A model generated the notes under the pieces. The model saw nothing but the letters and a program-made list of their open reading frames with translations. It was not told the origin of the DNA and did not search any database. A DNA stretch of 64,000 nt from Antechinus flavipes (Eukaryota), in contig NC_067402.1 of the NCBI RefSeq assembly GCF_016432865.1, forward strand, positions 113,398,001-113,462,000, given 5' to 3'. Shown here in pieces: positions 12,321-25,065 of the stretch. Both the position numbers and the translations under genes were made by a program. The number at the start of each line of letters is the position of its first letter. Within the stretch, counting starts at the first letter, position 1.

Positions 12321-14150
12321 GCCCCCCTATAAGACAATTAGGCTCTAAAGAGAGGTGAAAGTGGAACTTTGGCAAAGTTACCCTTAAAATCCCTCATAAA
12401 ATAGACTATTATCTAAATGTCACAGTAGATAAAGAATCCTGAATTGAGAGACCCGAGTTCAAAGTCTTCCTAGAACACATAAAAGCTATATGACTCACCC
12501 ATGTGCCTCAATTTTTTCATCTGTAAAATAGGGATATTAATAGCACCTACTTCCCAGGATTGTTAGGAGAATCAATGAGATCACATATATAAAAGTACTT
12601 TGCAAATCTTCAAATGCTATGTAAATGATAGCTATTATTACTACAGTATCTTTAAATAAGTGTACTGAACATAGGAGTTCTTTGAAGAAGGCAATCTCAG
12701 GGAACAATTGGATCTGAGGTGGTTGTCATGGAAACAATGCAATATAAATTTCACTTTTCACTACACTCTGCCCCCTCCCAACTAAGCTACTGATCAGTAA
12801 AAGACTGGGGCCAGAACTTCTCAAATAGGGGATGAGGGGAAAACTGGTAAAGATTTAGTTGGCAGGAAAACTGATTGTTAGGGAAAATATATTCTCAAAG
12901 GAGCCTGACATCTAAATATGATGATTTTAGAAGATGATCCCCTTATCCCCACATAACTGTTTCTTCTCATGATTTATCAGGAAGCTAGAGTCCCTGGAGC
13001 AATTAGCAGGGGACCTCCTAGATGACCAGGAAGGCTAGGAAGGACAATTAAGGCTCTCTCTTTCATCACTCTACCAACCTAAGCAGAATGAACATGTCTT
13101 TGCTTTATGATATGTCACCCTAAGGAAAGTCTGGTGATGAAGTGGAAAACTGCAGGATCTCACTTGGCAGCAGGCTTCCATTCTGAGACACGCCCAGGGC
13201 CTGAGACTGCTTGTGAGGGACCAGCTGATTCCTCTCTCTCATCTCGTGCTCTCTTAGGGCAAAAACTGAGTGGAATAATGCACATATAAACAAAATGGCA
13301 GACCATGGGGATTTTTAGAGTCTGTTTTTTTCCTACAGTGATTCTGTATAGGTTAATAGCATATGATCTGCAATGTTCCATCATAAGAAGCAATTATGAA
13401 GAACTCAAAGAAATATGAAAAGACTTGTATGAAGGAATAGAGAAGAAAGCGAACTCCAATGAACAAAATACACATCATGTAGTTAAAACAGGAGTTCTTT
13501 TTTTGGAGTCATAGATTCCTTTGACAGTCTGATGAAGACTATGGATTCACTTTCAGAATCATGTTTTTAAATGTATAGGAGGATTAACAAATAAAATCAA
13601 TCATACTCAAGTTTCTGAACCTCAAGTTAAGAACCTCTTAAAAACTAACAGCAAAAAATCCATGCTAGAGACACAGAAAAGGCCAAGGAGAGATTATAAA
13701 AATTTGGGATATGAACACTTTTGTCAATATTAGTTCCTTTTAACTAAAAGTTAGGAATTAATAGGAGAAACTTGATACATGCAACTATTTACAATCTCTT
13801 GTCTCCATTTTGCATTTCATTTGTCTTTTAAATTTTCCAATGCTCTTGCCCAAATATAGAAATATTAAAATAAAATGTTTATGTTAAAAGCAAAATCCAC
13901 ACAGGTCTTCATACAGGCCATTTCCAGAAGAAAAAGAAGGAAATGGAATACAGTGTTTGTCCAAAAGTGCCTGCCTAAGGTGAAAGATGAGCATCATGGG
14001 AGCTGTCCTTCCTTCTCAAGGTTAGGAAGTAATCTCATTAACATCTATGCATCATGAGAGAGGCCACAGGCCTTTACAAAGGATCCCAAAAGACTCAATT
14101 CTGTACAAACAGAGTCTCAGATTAAAGATTCACCCAGTGGACTGGCCAAC

Positions 14151-14191
14151 CTTCTGGAGTAAGGTGGGATGGTGAGTCTCAGGAAAGATAC
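14151..14191 (-). CDS. MEST: MEST exon 7
   Basis: ttgcag|GT..AAG|gttgg; (G)IFPETHHPTLLQK; 41 nt. Confidence 0.95.
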
Positions 14192-16000
14192 CTGCAAGAG
14201 AGGCAGAAAACTTTCTCTTAGTCACCCACCAACAACTTCAGCTCAAATGAAAGTCCACGCTTCTGTTGGCACCTGACACCCATTTTCCCCTGATTCCTCC
14301 CCTTAGAGCATTTCACTGAGAAACAAAATTTTAAAAAATAAATAAAAACTAGGGTTACCTTCAGAGATCTCTTAAGTATTTTACAATCAATTATGTCACT
14401 CTCATTAGAGATGACATTTTAGCTTCCTCTGGTCTCTTTAGCAAAACAGAGAGAACAGGTTACTTTCCTCTGTTTTGGATGAAGAAACTCCCAAGGAGCA
14501 AAAGGAGTTCATTGAAGACTCCTCAGCCTACTTCAGAGGCCAGTGCTGCACTCTATGTTCCATTCTATTCTAGGGACTGCTGTGCCCTCTCCAAGTGGAC
14601 GCCCATCTCCCACTGCGTCCGTAAGATTAAGAGCACTGAGGCCTTTAGTCGGAAAGACCAGAGCCCAAATGCGGCCTTGGACACTTACTAGTGAGTCATT
14701 TAATCCTTGTTGGCTTCAGTTTTCCCATCTGTGAAATGGGGATACTAGCAGCATCCCAGAGTTGTTGTGGGGGTAAAATAGTACTTTAGCACAGTGCCTA
14801 GTACATAATAGGCAGGACAGAAACATTATCACCAGTCGTTGTCATCATTTCTGTTGCAAAACATATGTTTTCTAGTATATACAAAACCTAGGAGGAAGAG
14901 GTGCTTTCTATTTCCCCGTTTCTCCTTGAGATGATGAAGGAGCCTGCTATTCCCAGACACCAAACACCTGTGCAAAAGCCATCCCCCATCAGATCCCCCC
15001 ATGTACCCCAGTTCTGGCACCTGCCTCAGCTGTAAAACAAAGGCGTCAGACAGGCCCTCCCAACTCTACCATAAACTACTTGTCAAAGGCCATGTAGCTT
15101 AAAGAAAAGACCCCAGGCATGAAAGGGAAACAATAAGTGTGAATCTCCACTCCGACTCATCAGGTGGGTGGCCCTGGGCAAGTCACTTGGTGCTGTAGGT
15201 CTCAGCTTTCTCATCTATGAACTCGTAGGGTTGGATTGGAGGAGCCCATCCCCCAAGATCTACCCTCAAGATCCAAATCAGGTGATCAAGATACTACCTT
15301 CTGAAGAAGTCCATCCCTCCTCTGCAAATGGTTCTCCCTATTCCAACCATAAATTAACCTATATTGTGGAGGTGGGCATCTTATCCATCCACCATACTGT
15401 GAGATCTGGGATGACAAGAACAATTCCCTTTTACATTTTTGCATTTCCACCACACTACACACGGTAGGTGTTTGTGTTTGTTGAAACATATTGAAAATTG
15501 TTCTTTAACTGATAGGTTGCTTGCCTCCTTGATGAGTAAGGGGAGGGAAAGAATTTGGAACTCAAAAAAATGTTTAACATGAAAAATAAACAATATATCT
15601 TAAAACAAATTATAAGTAAGTAGCAAGTACTTTACTCCTAAAAAAGCAAAAATGAATTCTCAAGTCAGTGGAACTCCTTTCCTCTCCAATTCCCAACAAT
15701 CATCTCCTGGTCAAAAGAATGCATCAAACAGGGACGTTGTTATCCCTTCTACTGCTCTTTTTCTGTGTCTTGTACATAGTAGGCTATTTAATAAATGGTT
15801 ATTAAATTGAACTGAACATGTCTGGCAGAGAGTATTCTGGGAACACTGAACTTTCAATCATGAAACTGATTTTGATTTCACCTAAGGAAAATCTAAGTGC
15901 TTGCATCTTATGCATCCTGAGTCATCCAGCCTTCTAGGCCACAACCTGGCCAAGCTAGGCCATCCCCCAGTTTTCATCATTGCCAACTCCAGGCAGTTAC

Positions 16001-16059
16001 CTCCATTTGACAGACAAAGGCTGTTGATGAGAACCCGACCAGTCCGATTATGCTTGTAC
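16001..16059 (-). CDS. MEST: MEST exon 6
   Basis: ctctag|G TAC..GGAG|gtaac; YKHNRTGRVLINSLCLSNG; 59 nt. Confidence 0.96.
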
Positions 16060-16359
16060 CTAGAGACAAGGAAAGGGAGAACCATTCAATTTCATTCCTT
16101 CCACAAGCACTTTGTGTCCTACTATGTGCACAACACTGTGCTAGGTACCAGGGAGCAGCATACAAAACAAGGCACCGATCCCAGCCTTGAGTGCTTACTA
16201 CAATACAAGGAAAAGCACTTGAACCAATAACCATAATTCAAAGTAGAAATGATTAGCTATAAAAGAGAGGAAATTATATGTTCCATGTGCTAGACTATGA
16301 CGGCAGGGCTTCTGCCATCTCTCTCCCTGCCCTCCAAGCACAAGTGCATTGTACTTTTT

Positions 16360-16590
16360 TGTTAAGTCCCTTCAGTCATGTCCAGCTCCATTTGTGGTTT
16401 TCTTGGCAGAGATACTGGAGTGGTTTGCCATTTCTTTCTCCAGCTCATTTACAGATGAGGAAACTGAGGCAAACAGAGTTAAGTGACTTGCCCAAGGTCA
16501 CAAAGGGTCTGTAGTCAGATTTGAACCCTAAAAGGTGAGGCTTCCTCACTGTAGGTCTGACATCCTATCCACCACACTCAGCATTGCTTG
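16360..16590 (-). mobile_element. Mar1-type CORE-SINE (MIR core plus RTE-like tail), reverse orientation
   Basis: ggttttcttggcagagatactggagtggtttgccatt..cagatgaggaaactgaggca..gtgacttgcccaaggtcac. Confidence 0.8.
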
Positions 16591-16735
16591 CTGAATGAAA
16601 GAATGAACAAACCAGGAGCAGAAGGCTCAGGTCAGTAGAGCAGCCGAGGCAAGCAGTCCAGTGGTGTGAAGGGTTAGACTTTTCTCTGAAAGCACACAGA
16701 AAGGAGAGGGTGAGGAGGCTGATCACTTCACTGAC

Positions 16736-17083
<348 letters not shown>

Positions 17084-18423
17084 TTACAGACCTATCAGGC
17101 CCTCCCATAATTCAGGTGACCAAGCAGAGCCCCTTCCTGGGAGCAGCTTGATCCCTAAGGTTTCCTTCTGTAGGAAGTAGAGTCCACTGTTTTCCCATTA
17201 ATTAATTCCCAACCCTGTTGTTCTGGGCAGTAGCTTTTAGGACCATCTGAATGACAGGATTATCAATACTTCTCTTATAACCATTCCATAGAAGGGAACA
17301 ACAGCTTGCCCTGAGTTTTAAAAGGAGCTGATGACAGAGATGGGCTTAAAACTCAAGACTTCTGAGTTTTCTAGTCTTCTATTGAACTACAGAGCTAAAG
17401 GAATGAATGAGTAAATGAAACTGTAATCCAGTCATGCAAATTCACTGTCTCCCACTTCCCACTGAAGGAAGCTTCCCCAACTGCCACTCTATGTTCAGGG
17501 ACTGATGGGTGAAGGGCACACTATTTCTTAGCAATGGATAGAGAGTCAAGCCCATTTCAGGAAAAGCTCAATTCAAATACAGACTCAGACATTTAGTAGC
17601 TCTATGACCCTGTGCAAGTCATTTAGCCACTGCCTTAGTTTCCTCACCTGCAAAATGGAGATTATATTAGCAACCAACTCCAAGGACTGTGGTGAGGATC
17701 AAATTAAGATCATTAAGCTCTTAGCACAGTGCCTAATATGCAGTAAGCACTCTGTAAGTGCTAGCTATTTTATTATTACTATTTAGTAAGGGCTAAAATG
17801 GCACCCATACTTCTGAGGCTTATCCAAGAACCAGAGTCAGTTCCTTTTTCCTCATGAGGAAGGGACCTGAGAATAGGCTCAAGGTTTTGAACCCAGCAGT
17901 CCTTCCACTACCCTCACTGTTACCATAATCAGAATGAAAGCTGGTGGTAAGACTAATTCTCCATCTCCTCTTGCCCTTTTAGATCCTGCCCCCGACCCCC
18001 AATGCTAAACTCAAGCCCCCATCCTCTACCCCACAAAATTATTCAACATTTATTTTGTATTTGGTAATTGGTATGCTTGTTTCCCAGGTAGAATGGAAGC
18101 TCTTTTTGAGCTTTCATTTTTTACTTTGTATCCCCAGCCGATGAGCGCACATAGCATCTGGCACACAGTAGATGCTCAATTAATGCTTGTTGATTAACTG
18201 CTCAATATAGATTTCTATATGAGACTGATTTGTGATTAATGGTTGTTAATGAAAAGATCACAGAACTACACTTTGAAAAAAAGAATCTTTTTCATCCATT
18301 GTCTACAAAGTGTCCAACTAGACGTGGGCATCCTCGGATTTGGTTTGTATTTTGTTGTTTTGACCACCTTAGTGTGCAGGCTCAGGAGTCAGTTTCCTTG
18401 ATCCTGGGTCTCTCTCATCTCAC

Positions 18424-18503
18424 CTTGCACCAGTCGTAGCTAGAGGTTGGAAAGCCGTGTAAAAGCACCACTATTTCTGAGCTCCCAACTGCACCCCATG
18501 AGT
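18424..18503 (-). CDS. MEST: MEST exon 3 (oxyanion motif HGFP)
   Basis: tctcag|AC..AAG|gtgag; (D)[26 protein letters not shown]; 80 nt. Confidence 0.97.
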
Positions 18504-18949
18504 CTGAGAAAAAAGAGAGAAGGGAAGGAGGGGTCAGGTGGAAATCCCACAAAGCAACCATGAACCCAATGCAATTGCCCCAATTTAAAACAAGGTGGGA
18601 ATGCAGGGATTTTCTCAGAACCAACAAAGAGTCTAAATGTCAGACTATTTAGAAACAAATGCAGATTTGTTACTGGCAAGTTCAGGATAGCATTCAGTAC
18701 ATGGCTTTCCTCTTCCTCCATTAATGAACAGAATTTGGAGTTGACTTGCCATGTATGCAAATATTGGCTAGAAATGTGTTATGAAATTGCTCTGACAAGA
18801 GTCTGCTTGTCTTCCTGAAATCCCGAGCCTTAGGAAGCCAGAGGTACCAGATCATCTGTAGACTCAAACACCAGGCACCAAACACATGATAATTATGATG
18901 ATAACAACAATTAATATTTGTATAAGGCAGTTGAAAAGCATGGTATATG

Positions 18950-19130
18950 ATAGAGTGCTGGGCCTGAAGCAAGGAATAGGGGCTCAGACACCCACTAGCT
19001 GCATGACCCTGTCTGCCTCAGTTTCCTTATCTGTAGAATGAGGCGGGGAAGGAAATGGCAAACCGCTGCACTATCTCCACCAAGAAAACCCCAAGGGTCA
19101 TGGAGAGCTGGACAGGACTGAAACCACATT
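18950..19130 (+). mobile_element. Mar1-type CORE-SINE, forward
   Basis: tgcctcagtttccttatctgtag..ggaaatggcaaacc..caagaaaacccc..ggactgaa. Confidence 0.75.
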
Positions 19131-20059
19131 TGTGAAGCTTTTCAGGGTTTGCAAAGCCCTTTACAGGTACTTCACTTGATGCCTCCCCCCACAGCCCTGA
19201 AAAGTGCATCCTACTATTTTCTCCATTTTACAAATGAGAAAGCAGAGCCAGAAGTTAAGTGACTTATCCAATGTAGGCTTATATAGCTAGTAAGGGTCTG
19301 AAGGCACTTCTGGACTCGATTCCAAGACTACAACCAACATTCACCACCCTGAGAAGCCAGGCTCTCTTGTGGGTGAGTTTAAGAAGTGAGCTCAAGATAG
19401 GGCCAGGGAGTTGGCCATGCTGGCCAATCCCATCTAACAGGGGCTAGGGCGGGGGAAAGGGGGGAGCAATTGCTGGCATCTGCCCACACGGGGTTTCGGA
19501 GTCCACAGAAATGCTGAGCTTCAGGGGCCAAAAGAACTGTTCAAGATAGAAAGCTGAGCCTTGTAGGAAGCCATGGATGCTGGAAGTCAGAGGGGGCAGG
19601 GACCACCTGGCAGGCTCAGGAGGGGGTCATGGTAAAGGCACATGGAAGAGGAGAGGGAGGTCTGGCCTTAGGAACAGCCAAAAGGACAGGGCCGCAATGT
19701 CAGCCACGTAGAAGGGGAGCGGTGGAACAGATGGGAAAGGCAGGAAACCCAAGAGATTTTCTATTTGATCCAGAAGGTGACAGGGAGCCACAACAAGTTA
19801 GCTATTGGGTGGAGGGGCTGACATGGTCAGATGTGTGCTTAACCTGACAGCTGAGAGAGAACAGGCTGTAATACTGACACTGGAGATGAGGATGCTAATT
19901 AGAAAGCCACTGTGGTAGGCCAGACAGAGGGGATGGCAGGCTGCCCCAGCAGCCAGAGGCAGCAAACAGGAGGGGGAGTAGGGCATGGAGGCAGCCACGG
20001 ACCAGAGATGCAATGAGGGTAAAGGAGGGATCCAGCACAGCCTGGAGGTCGCAGGCTGG

Positions 20060-20720
20060 GATGGGAAAGGGCCTGGGAAGTCCAGGAGAGGGAGGGGAGG
20101 GGAAAGATGATGGGACCATCCATGGGACAACTATATGCATGGAGGTCATAGAGCCAATTCAGGGGAGAGACAAGGGATGGATGGGATGTGTTTGTGTGGA
20201 GAAAGGGAAGGAGGGAGGGAGAGACAGAGGCAAAGACATGGAAGAATGAAGGGGGAAGGAGAGAATGGATGGAAGGGGGGAGAGGGAGAGAGGCAGAGGG
20301 GGGAGAGGGGAGGAAAGGGGGAAAGAGAGGAGAAAAAGATAGGAAGAGGCAGAGACATGTAGGAGTGAGAGAATGAAAAAAGGAAGAAAGGAGGAGGAGA
20401 GGGAGAGGAAAAGAAGGTAGGGAGGAAGAAAGAGGACGAGGAGGGATGGAAGAAGGAAAAAAGGGAGGAGGGGAAAGAGGGTATATGAAAAGGGGTAGAA
20501 GGAGAGGGAACAGAGGGAGAAAAAGGAAAAAAAAACAGAAAGGGAGAGGGAGAAAAGGGGGAAAGAAAAGAAGGGGAGCAAAGGTTACAGGAGGAAGGGG
20601 ACATAAGAGGAGAGAAAGAGAGGAGAAAAAACATGGAGGGAGGACAAGAGGGAGATTTCTGTGTGTGAACGATGAAGCCTTCAGAAGTTCACAAGAAGAT
20701 AGAGAAGCCGGAGAGAGGGC
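20060..20720 (+). repeat. Long polypurine (GA-rich) low-complexity tract
   Basis: About 650 bp almost devoid of C/T on the + strand. Confidence 0.9.
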
Positions 20721-20779
20721 CAAGATACAGGCTTAGATGAGCACAATGAGGAGGCAGCAGAGGGATGATGATCTTCATT

Positions 20780-20971
20780 CAAGGGTCCTCAAACTTTTTA
20801 AATAGGGGGCCAGTTCACTGTCCTTCAGATTGTTGGAGGACCAGACTATAGTAAAAACAAAAACTTTATTTTGTGGGCCTTTAAATAAAGAAATTTCATA
20901 GCCCTGGGTGAGGGGGATAATCGTCTTCAGCTGCTGCATCTGGCCCACAGGCCGTAGTTTGGGGACCCCTG
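20780..20971. mobile_element. Non-autonomous hAT MITE, OposCharlie1 (OC1)-like, about 192 bp
   Basis: TIRs caagggtcctcaaac / gtttggggacccctg; internal sequence resembles the recalled OC1 MITE consensus; 8-bp TSD not evident. Confidence 0.7.
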
Positions 20972-21478
20972 TAATCTAAATGATTTGGAGAAGAAAATAA
21001 AACCAAAACGGGGCAGCAGAGAGAAAAGGAAAGGCAAAGGAGGGGCCCACATTCAAAAGGAAGGAGCTGAAGGTGTCTAGGGTTACAGAGAGAGGGCAAG
21101 GAGAAGACCTGGAAAAGGCCATCAGAGTTAGCATTTGGGAGATCCCTGAACCTCAGGGGAGGGGGGAGGTCAGGAGGCAAACCAGAGGTCAAAAAGGGCA
21201 TAGGAATGGAGCTCTAGGCCCTTGAGACATTGAACGTAGAGCAAGGTGAAGGGAAGTGTTTTGTGGAAAAGGGGAGCCCAATTTTAGGCATCAGGGAGGA
21301 AGCCTATAGTTAAACTGAGATTAACTGAGAGACAGAGATAGGTGGGAGGTGGGAGAGATGTTGATGGAGGAGACAGAAAAGGATCAGATCAATAGTGCTC
21401 GGAATGGGTCTAGCCGTGTGATAGAGAAGAGCTGGCGACCAAGGACAAACAGCAGAAGAAAGGATTGAAGATGTATAT

Positions 21479-21668
21479 CAAGGACTTTTAACCTGGGGTC
21501 TGTGACCATTTAAAAAATTTTTGATAATTATATTTCAATATAACTGGCTTCATTTATAATTCTATGTATTTTATTTTGTGCATTTAAAAATGTTATTCAG
21601 AGAAGAGGTATACAGGCTTTTCCAGATTTCAAGGGGTCCATAATTCCCCACAAAGGTTAAGAACCCTG
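21479..21668. mobile_element. Older hAT/MER-like MITE
   Basis: Imperfect TIRs caaggacttttaacc / ggttaagaaccctg around an AT-rich core. Confidence 0.55.
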
Positions 21669-22811
21669 ATATTGAAGGATTTGTAGGTTGGAGTACAAAA
21701 GATGAGAGAGTTCAGGACAAACTACATCCATTTTTTTCAGTTTTACTATAAAGAACTTTTTTAAAAAACATCTTTCTTGATTCTGACCTCCTAAGCCTCA
21801 AAGATAATTATGTAACATAACCTCAGATGAACTGTAGAAGAAACTGACTGAACACACAATCAGCTAGCTAATACACAGCCTTAGCACAAGAAAAGCCTGT
21901 CCTGGGGTCACCCCGGGCTTCTATAGAGACATCTGTTAGTAGGTGCCAGGTGAAAAAGGGTAAAAAAAATACATTTATCACCACAAGGCACACACAATGA
22001 TGAGTATTCTGGGCCATGGGACAGGGATTTCACTGGGGACTTCACATTCAAAGAAAACACTGAGTTGCTAAGGCTTTTGTATTTCTATAATGAGAGATAA
22101 GAGGGGAAGGAAGGAGGGAGGGAAAAGAGAACATGAGTTAGATGGCAAATAGGGAGAAACAAAGAAGGTGATAAGTGAGGAATGGGAAAGGAACCAGATA
22201 GAAGGATGTGGGAAGAGAACAAGAGAGAAAGGTGAGGGGAGAGGAGGTGAAAGATATGTACCTCACTATTGTCTATACAGAAAAGAATGCCAGGCTGAAG
22301 TCAGGAAGACTCGAATTCAAATGACCTATCAGATACTTACTAGCCTCAGCTGCTTCAGTTTCTTCATCTGTAAAATGGAGAAAATAACAGCACCTACTTC
22401 CATGATTGTTGTGAGGACAAAATGAAATATCTCTAAAATGGTTTACAAATGTTAAATGTTATATATAAATGTTAATGTATGTATATGTTTGTCTATACAT
22501 ATGTATATATGTATACATCCTCTGTATACATATCCTGTAGAGGATAGCTAACATTTTAATATATATATTATATGTACATTGCTCTCTCTCCCTTCTCTTG
22601 CTCTCTCACCCTTCCTGCCCACTGCCTTTAACCATCACCCTGGAAATAAGCCACAACTATTGAAGACCCAGAAAATGAAGTTCTTGCCTCTAAATTCCTG
22701 GCCACTGTCAAATGGCTTAACATCAGAAACTGATATGATTTTTATAAAGGGAAATGATGATAAAAAAGAGGCATTAATATCTGCTTAGCTGCTCAACCCT
22801 AAGGACCATGT

Positions 22812-23038
22812 GGCTGCCTCTAAAAGCTTGATTTTAAAAGTCCAAACAAACAAACCATAAACCTGCATCAGAACCACAGTTCCAGAACTAGTCACCTAGT
22901 CCACCTCATTTTACAGATTGAGGAAACTGAGGCAAAAGAAACGGAGGCCAAATGACTTGTTCAAGGTCACAGAGACAGGAAAATTTAAACTCAGGCCATT
23001 TGCCCCTAGAGTCTCTTTCTCCAATGCCAAGCTCCCAA
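22812..23038 (+). repeat. Direct-repeat copy A (about 225 bp; partner at 26074-26297)
   Basis: Near-identical to 26074-26297 by eye alignment. Confidence 0.92.
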
Positions 23039-23040
23039 AC

Positions 23041-23172
23041 CTTGTTTGCCTCAGTTTCCTCATTTATAAAATGAACTGGAGGAAGAAATGGCAAACCACT
23101 TTGTTTACCATAAAAAACCCCAAATGGCATTATAAAGAATCGGACACAACTGAAAAACATGACTGAACAAAA
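23041..23172 (+). mobile_element. Mar1-type SINE 3' part, forward
   Basis: gtttgcctcagtttcctcatttataaaatgaactggaggaagaaatggcaaaccact..ggacacaactgaa. Confidence 0.75.
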
Positions 23173-23995
23173 TGGATTTTTTTAATGTACATATATACAC
23201 ACACAGATATAAACACATATTTATACACACACACACACACATAAACACACTCACAAACATAACTGGGACTAATCTGTGCTACAAAGTTTCTCTGTAACTT
23301 GTCTGGAGATCAATAGTTGACACAAATGTAGACTTTTAAAGGTCTAATTTGAGTTGCACAGGCAACCTGGTGAGATAGGTACCACAGAATATGGTATCTC
23401 CATATTCCTGATGAGGAGACAGAGATAGAAAAGTTAAGTGATTGGACTACAGTCCCCCAGCTAGTGTCAGATGAAGGTCTTCCTGACTTCACTTCCAGAA
23501 TTTAATTCATAATCACGTGGTGCCTATCTAAAAAAGTTTTTAGCAATATGGCCTTTGGTAAAAAGTCTTCTTTAAAGAGTCCTTCCAGCCTTGGGATATT
23601 TCATGGACATCATGGGATGCGAAATTCATTCATCTGACATCCTATATATTTTTCATGATTTATGCAAGCACTGTTAGAGAATGAAATGATCCCTACCCTC
23701 AAGGAAGCTACATTCTTGGGAGCCGTTCTGATCCCAAGGTACCGTGCCAAGTGCCATGGAGGAACATTAGGGACTTCCCCACCCGCCAAGAAACCTCCAA
23801 GAAGCTGAGAACCAAAGAAAACCGGAAGACAAAGCAGATAAGAAAGGGAGGGAAACGTGTCCAAGTGGACAAGAGCCCCCAGCCCTGGGAAAGCTCCATG
23901 CTGACATCCAGACCAATATTATGGGGAGGGGAAGAAAGGAGGGAGGACAAGACAGATGTACAGAGACAAAGAAAGACAGAAAGATGGAGAGGGGG

Positions 23996-24000
<5 letters not shown>

Positions 24001-24058
<58 letters not shown>
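24001..24058. repeat. (AG)29 microsatellite within a purine-rich tract (about 23925-24255)
   Basis: Direct reading of the sequence. Confidence 0.95.
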
Positions 24059-24062
<4 letters not shown>

Positions 24063-24884
24063 TGGAAAAAAGGAAGGAGAGAGAGGAAAGGGGAAGAGAA
24101 AAGGAGAGGGAGAAGAGGACATGAGGAGACAGCAGAGGAGACAGAGGCAGGAAGAGGAAGCAGAAGAGAGAGAAAGACAAGTGAGAAAAGGAAAGAAGAA
24201 AAGGAGAGGAAGTGAGGGGAGAAGAGATGGGTGGGGAGGAGAAACTGAGGGAGGGAGTGAACTAGTACTTACAAATACTATTTCATTTTATTCTCAAAAC
24301 AACCTGGGAGGTACTGTCCATATTTTACAGATGAGGAAACTGAGGCAGGCAGTAAGTGACTTGGCCAGAATCACACCGTTACTAAGTATCTGAAGAAGGA
24401 ATTGAACTCAAGTTTTCCTGACTAGAGGTCTCACATTCCATCCACATTGCACTAGCAGGAGAGCTAGAAAGATATATAGATATAGATATGTATATATAGT
24501 ATTTGCTATATATATATATGCTATATACATATAGCACATATATAGTATTATAATATAGACAGATATATATTTTATATATAGTATTTCCTTGTACACATAT
24601 TAATTCCTCCCCATAAAACGTAAGCTACTTAAGAACAGGAACTGTCTTATTTGCTGCCTTTATCTCCCCAGAGTCTGGCATATAGCAGGTACTTAATGAA
24701 TGTTTGGCAGATGACGAATGAATGAATGAAGAATAATATTCACACAAACACACACATACATACACAGTGAGGAGGCAGAGGAGGAGAATATCATGACCAG
24801 ATAATTAAAGCCTACAATTTTAAGTCTATAATGGCATGACAGTCATGATTATGGAGAATATTGGACTTCTTAAAGTGCACCATA

Positions 24885-25065
24885 TCCCATGAGAACTCCC
24901 TTTAACTCTAAAAGGCTAAGTTTAAAAAAATTAAAGTTAGGTACTCTTCACACAGTAAACTTAAGGGACTTCTTATCCCCAAAGGAAGCATGGCCTGAAA
25001 ATATGAAGAGGTTCCAAGAGTATTGGGATAAATTAATGGATGACAGATCTGGCATGGATTATGAA
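24885..25065 (+). mobile_element. Ancient CR1/L3 LINE 3'-end remnant
   Basis: Translation ..KRFQEYWDKLMDDRS resembles the CR1 ORF2 C-terminal FK..LD.FM.DRS motif. Confidence 0.5.

Noticed and set aside
19899-20736. Long ORFs (up to 274 aa) on both strands
   Set aside because: Artefacts of the polypurine tract (L/P/S/F or K/R/G/E low complexity); the same applies to 23751-24393 and 31900-32554
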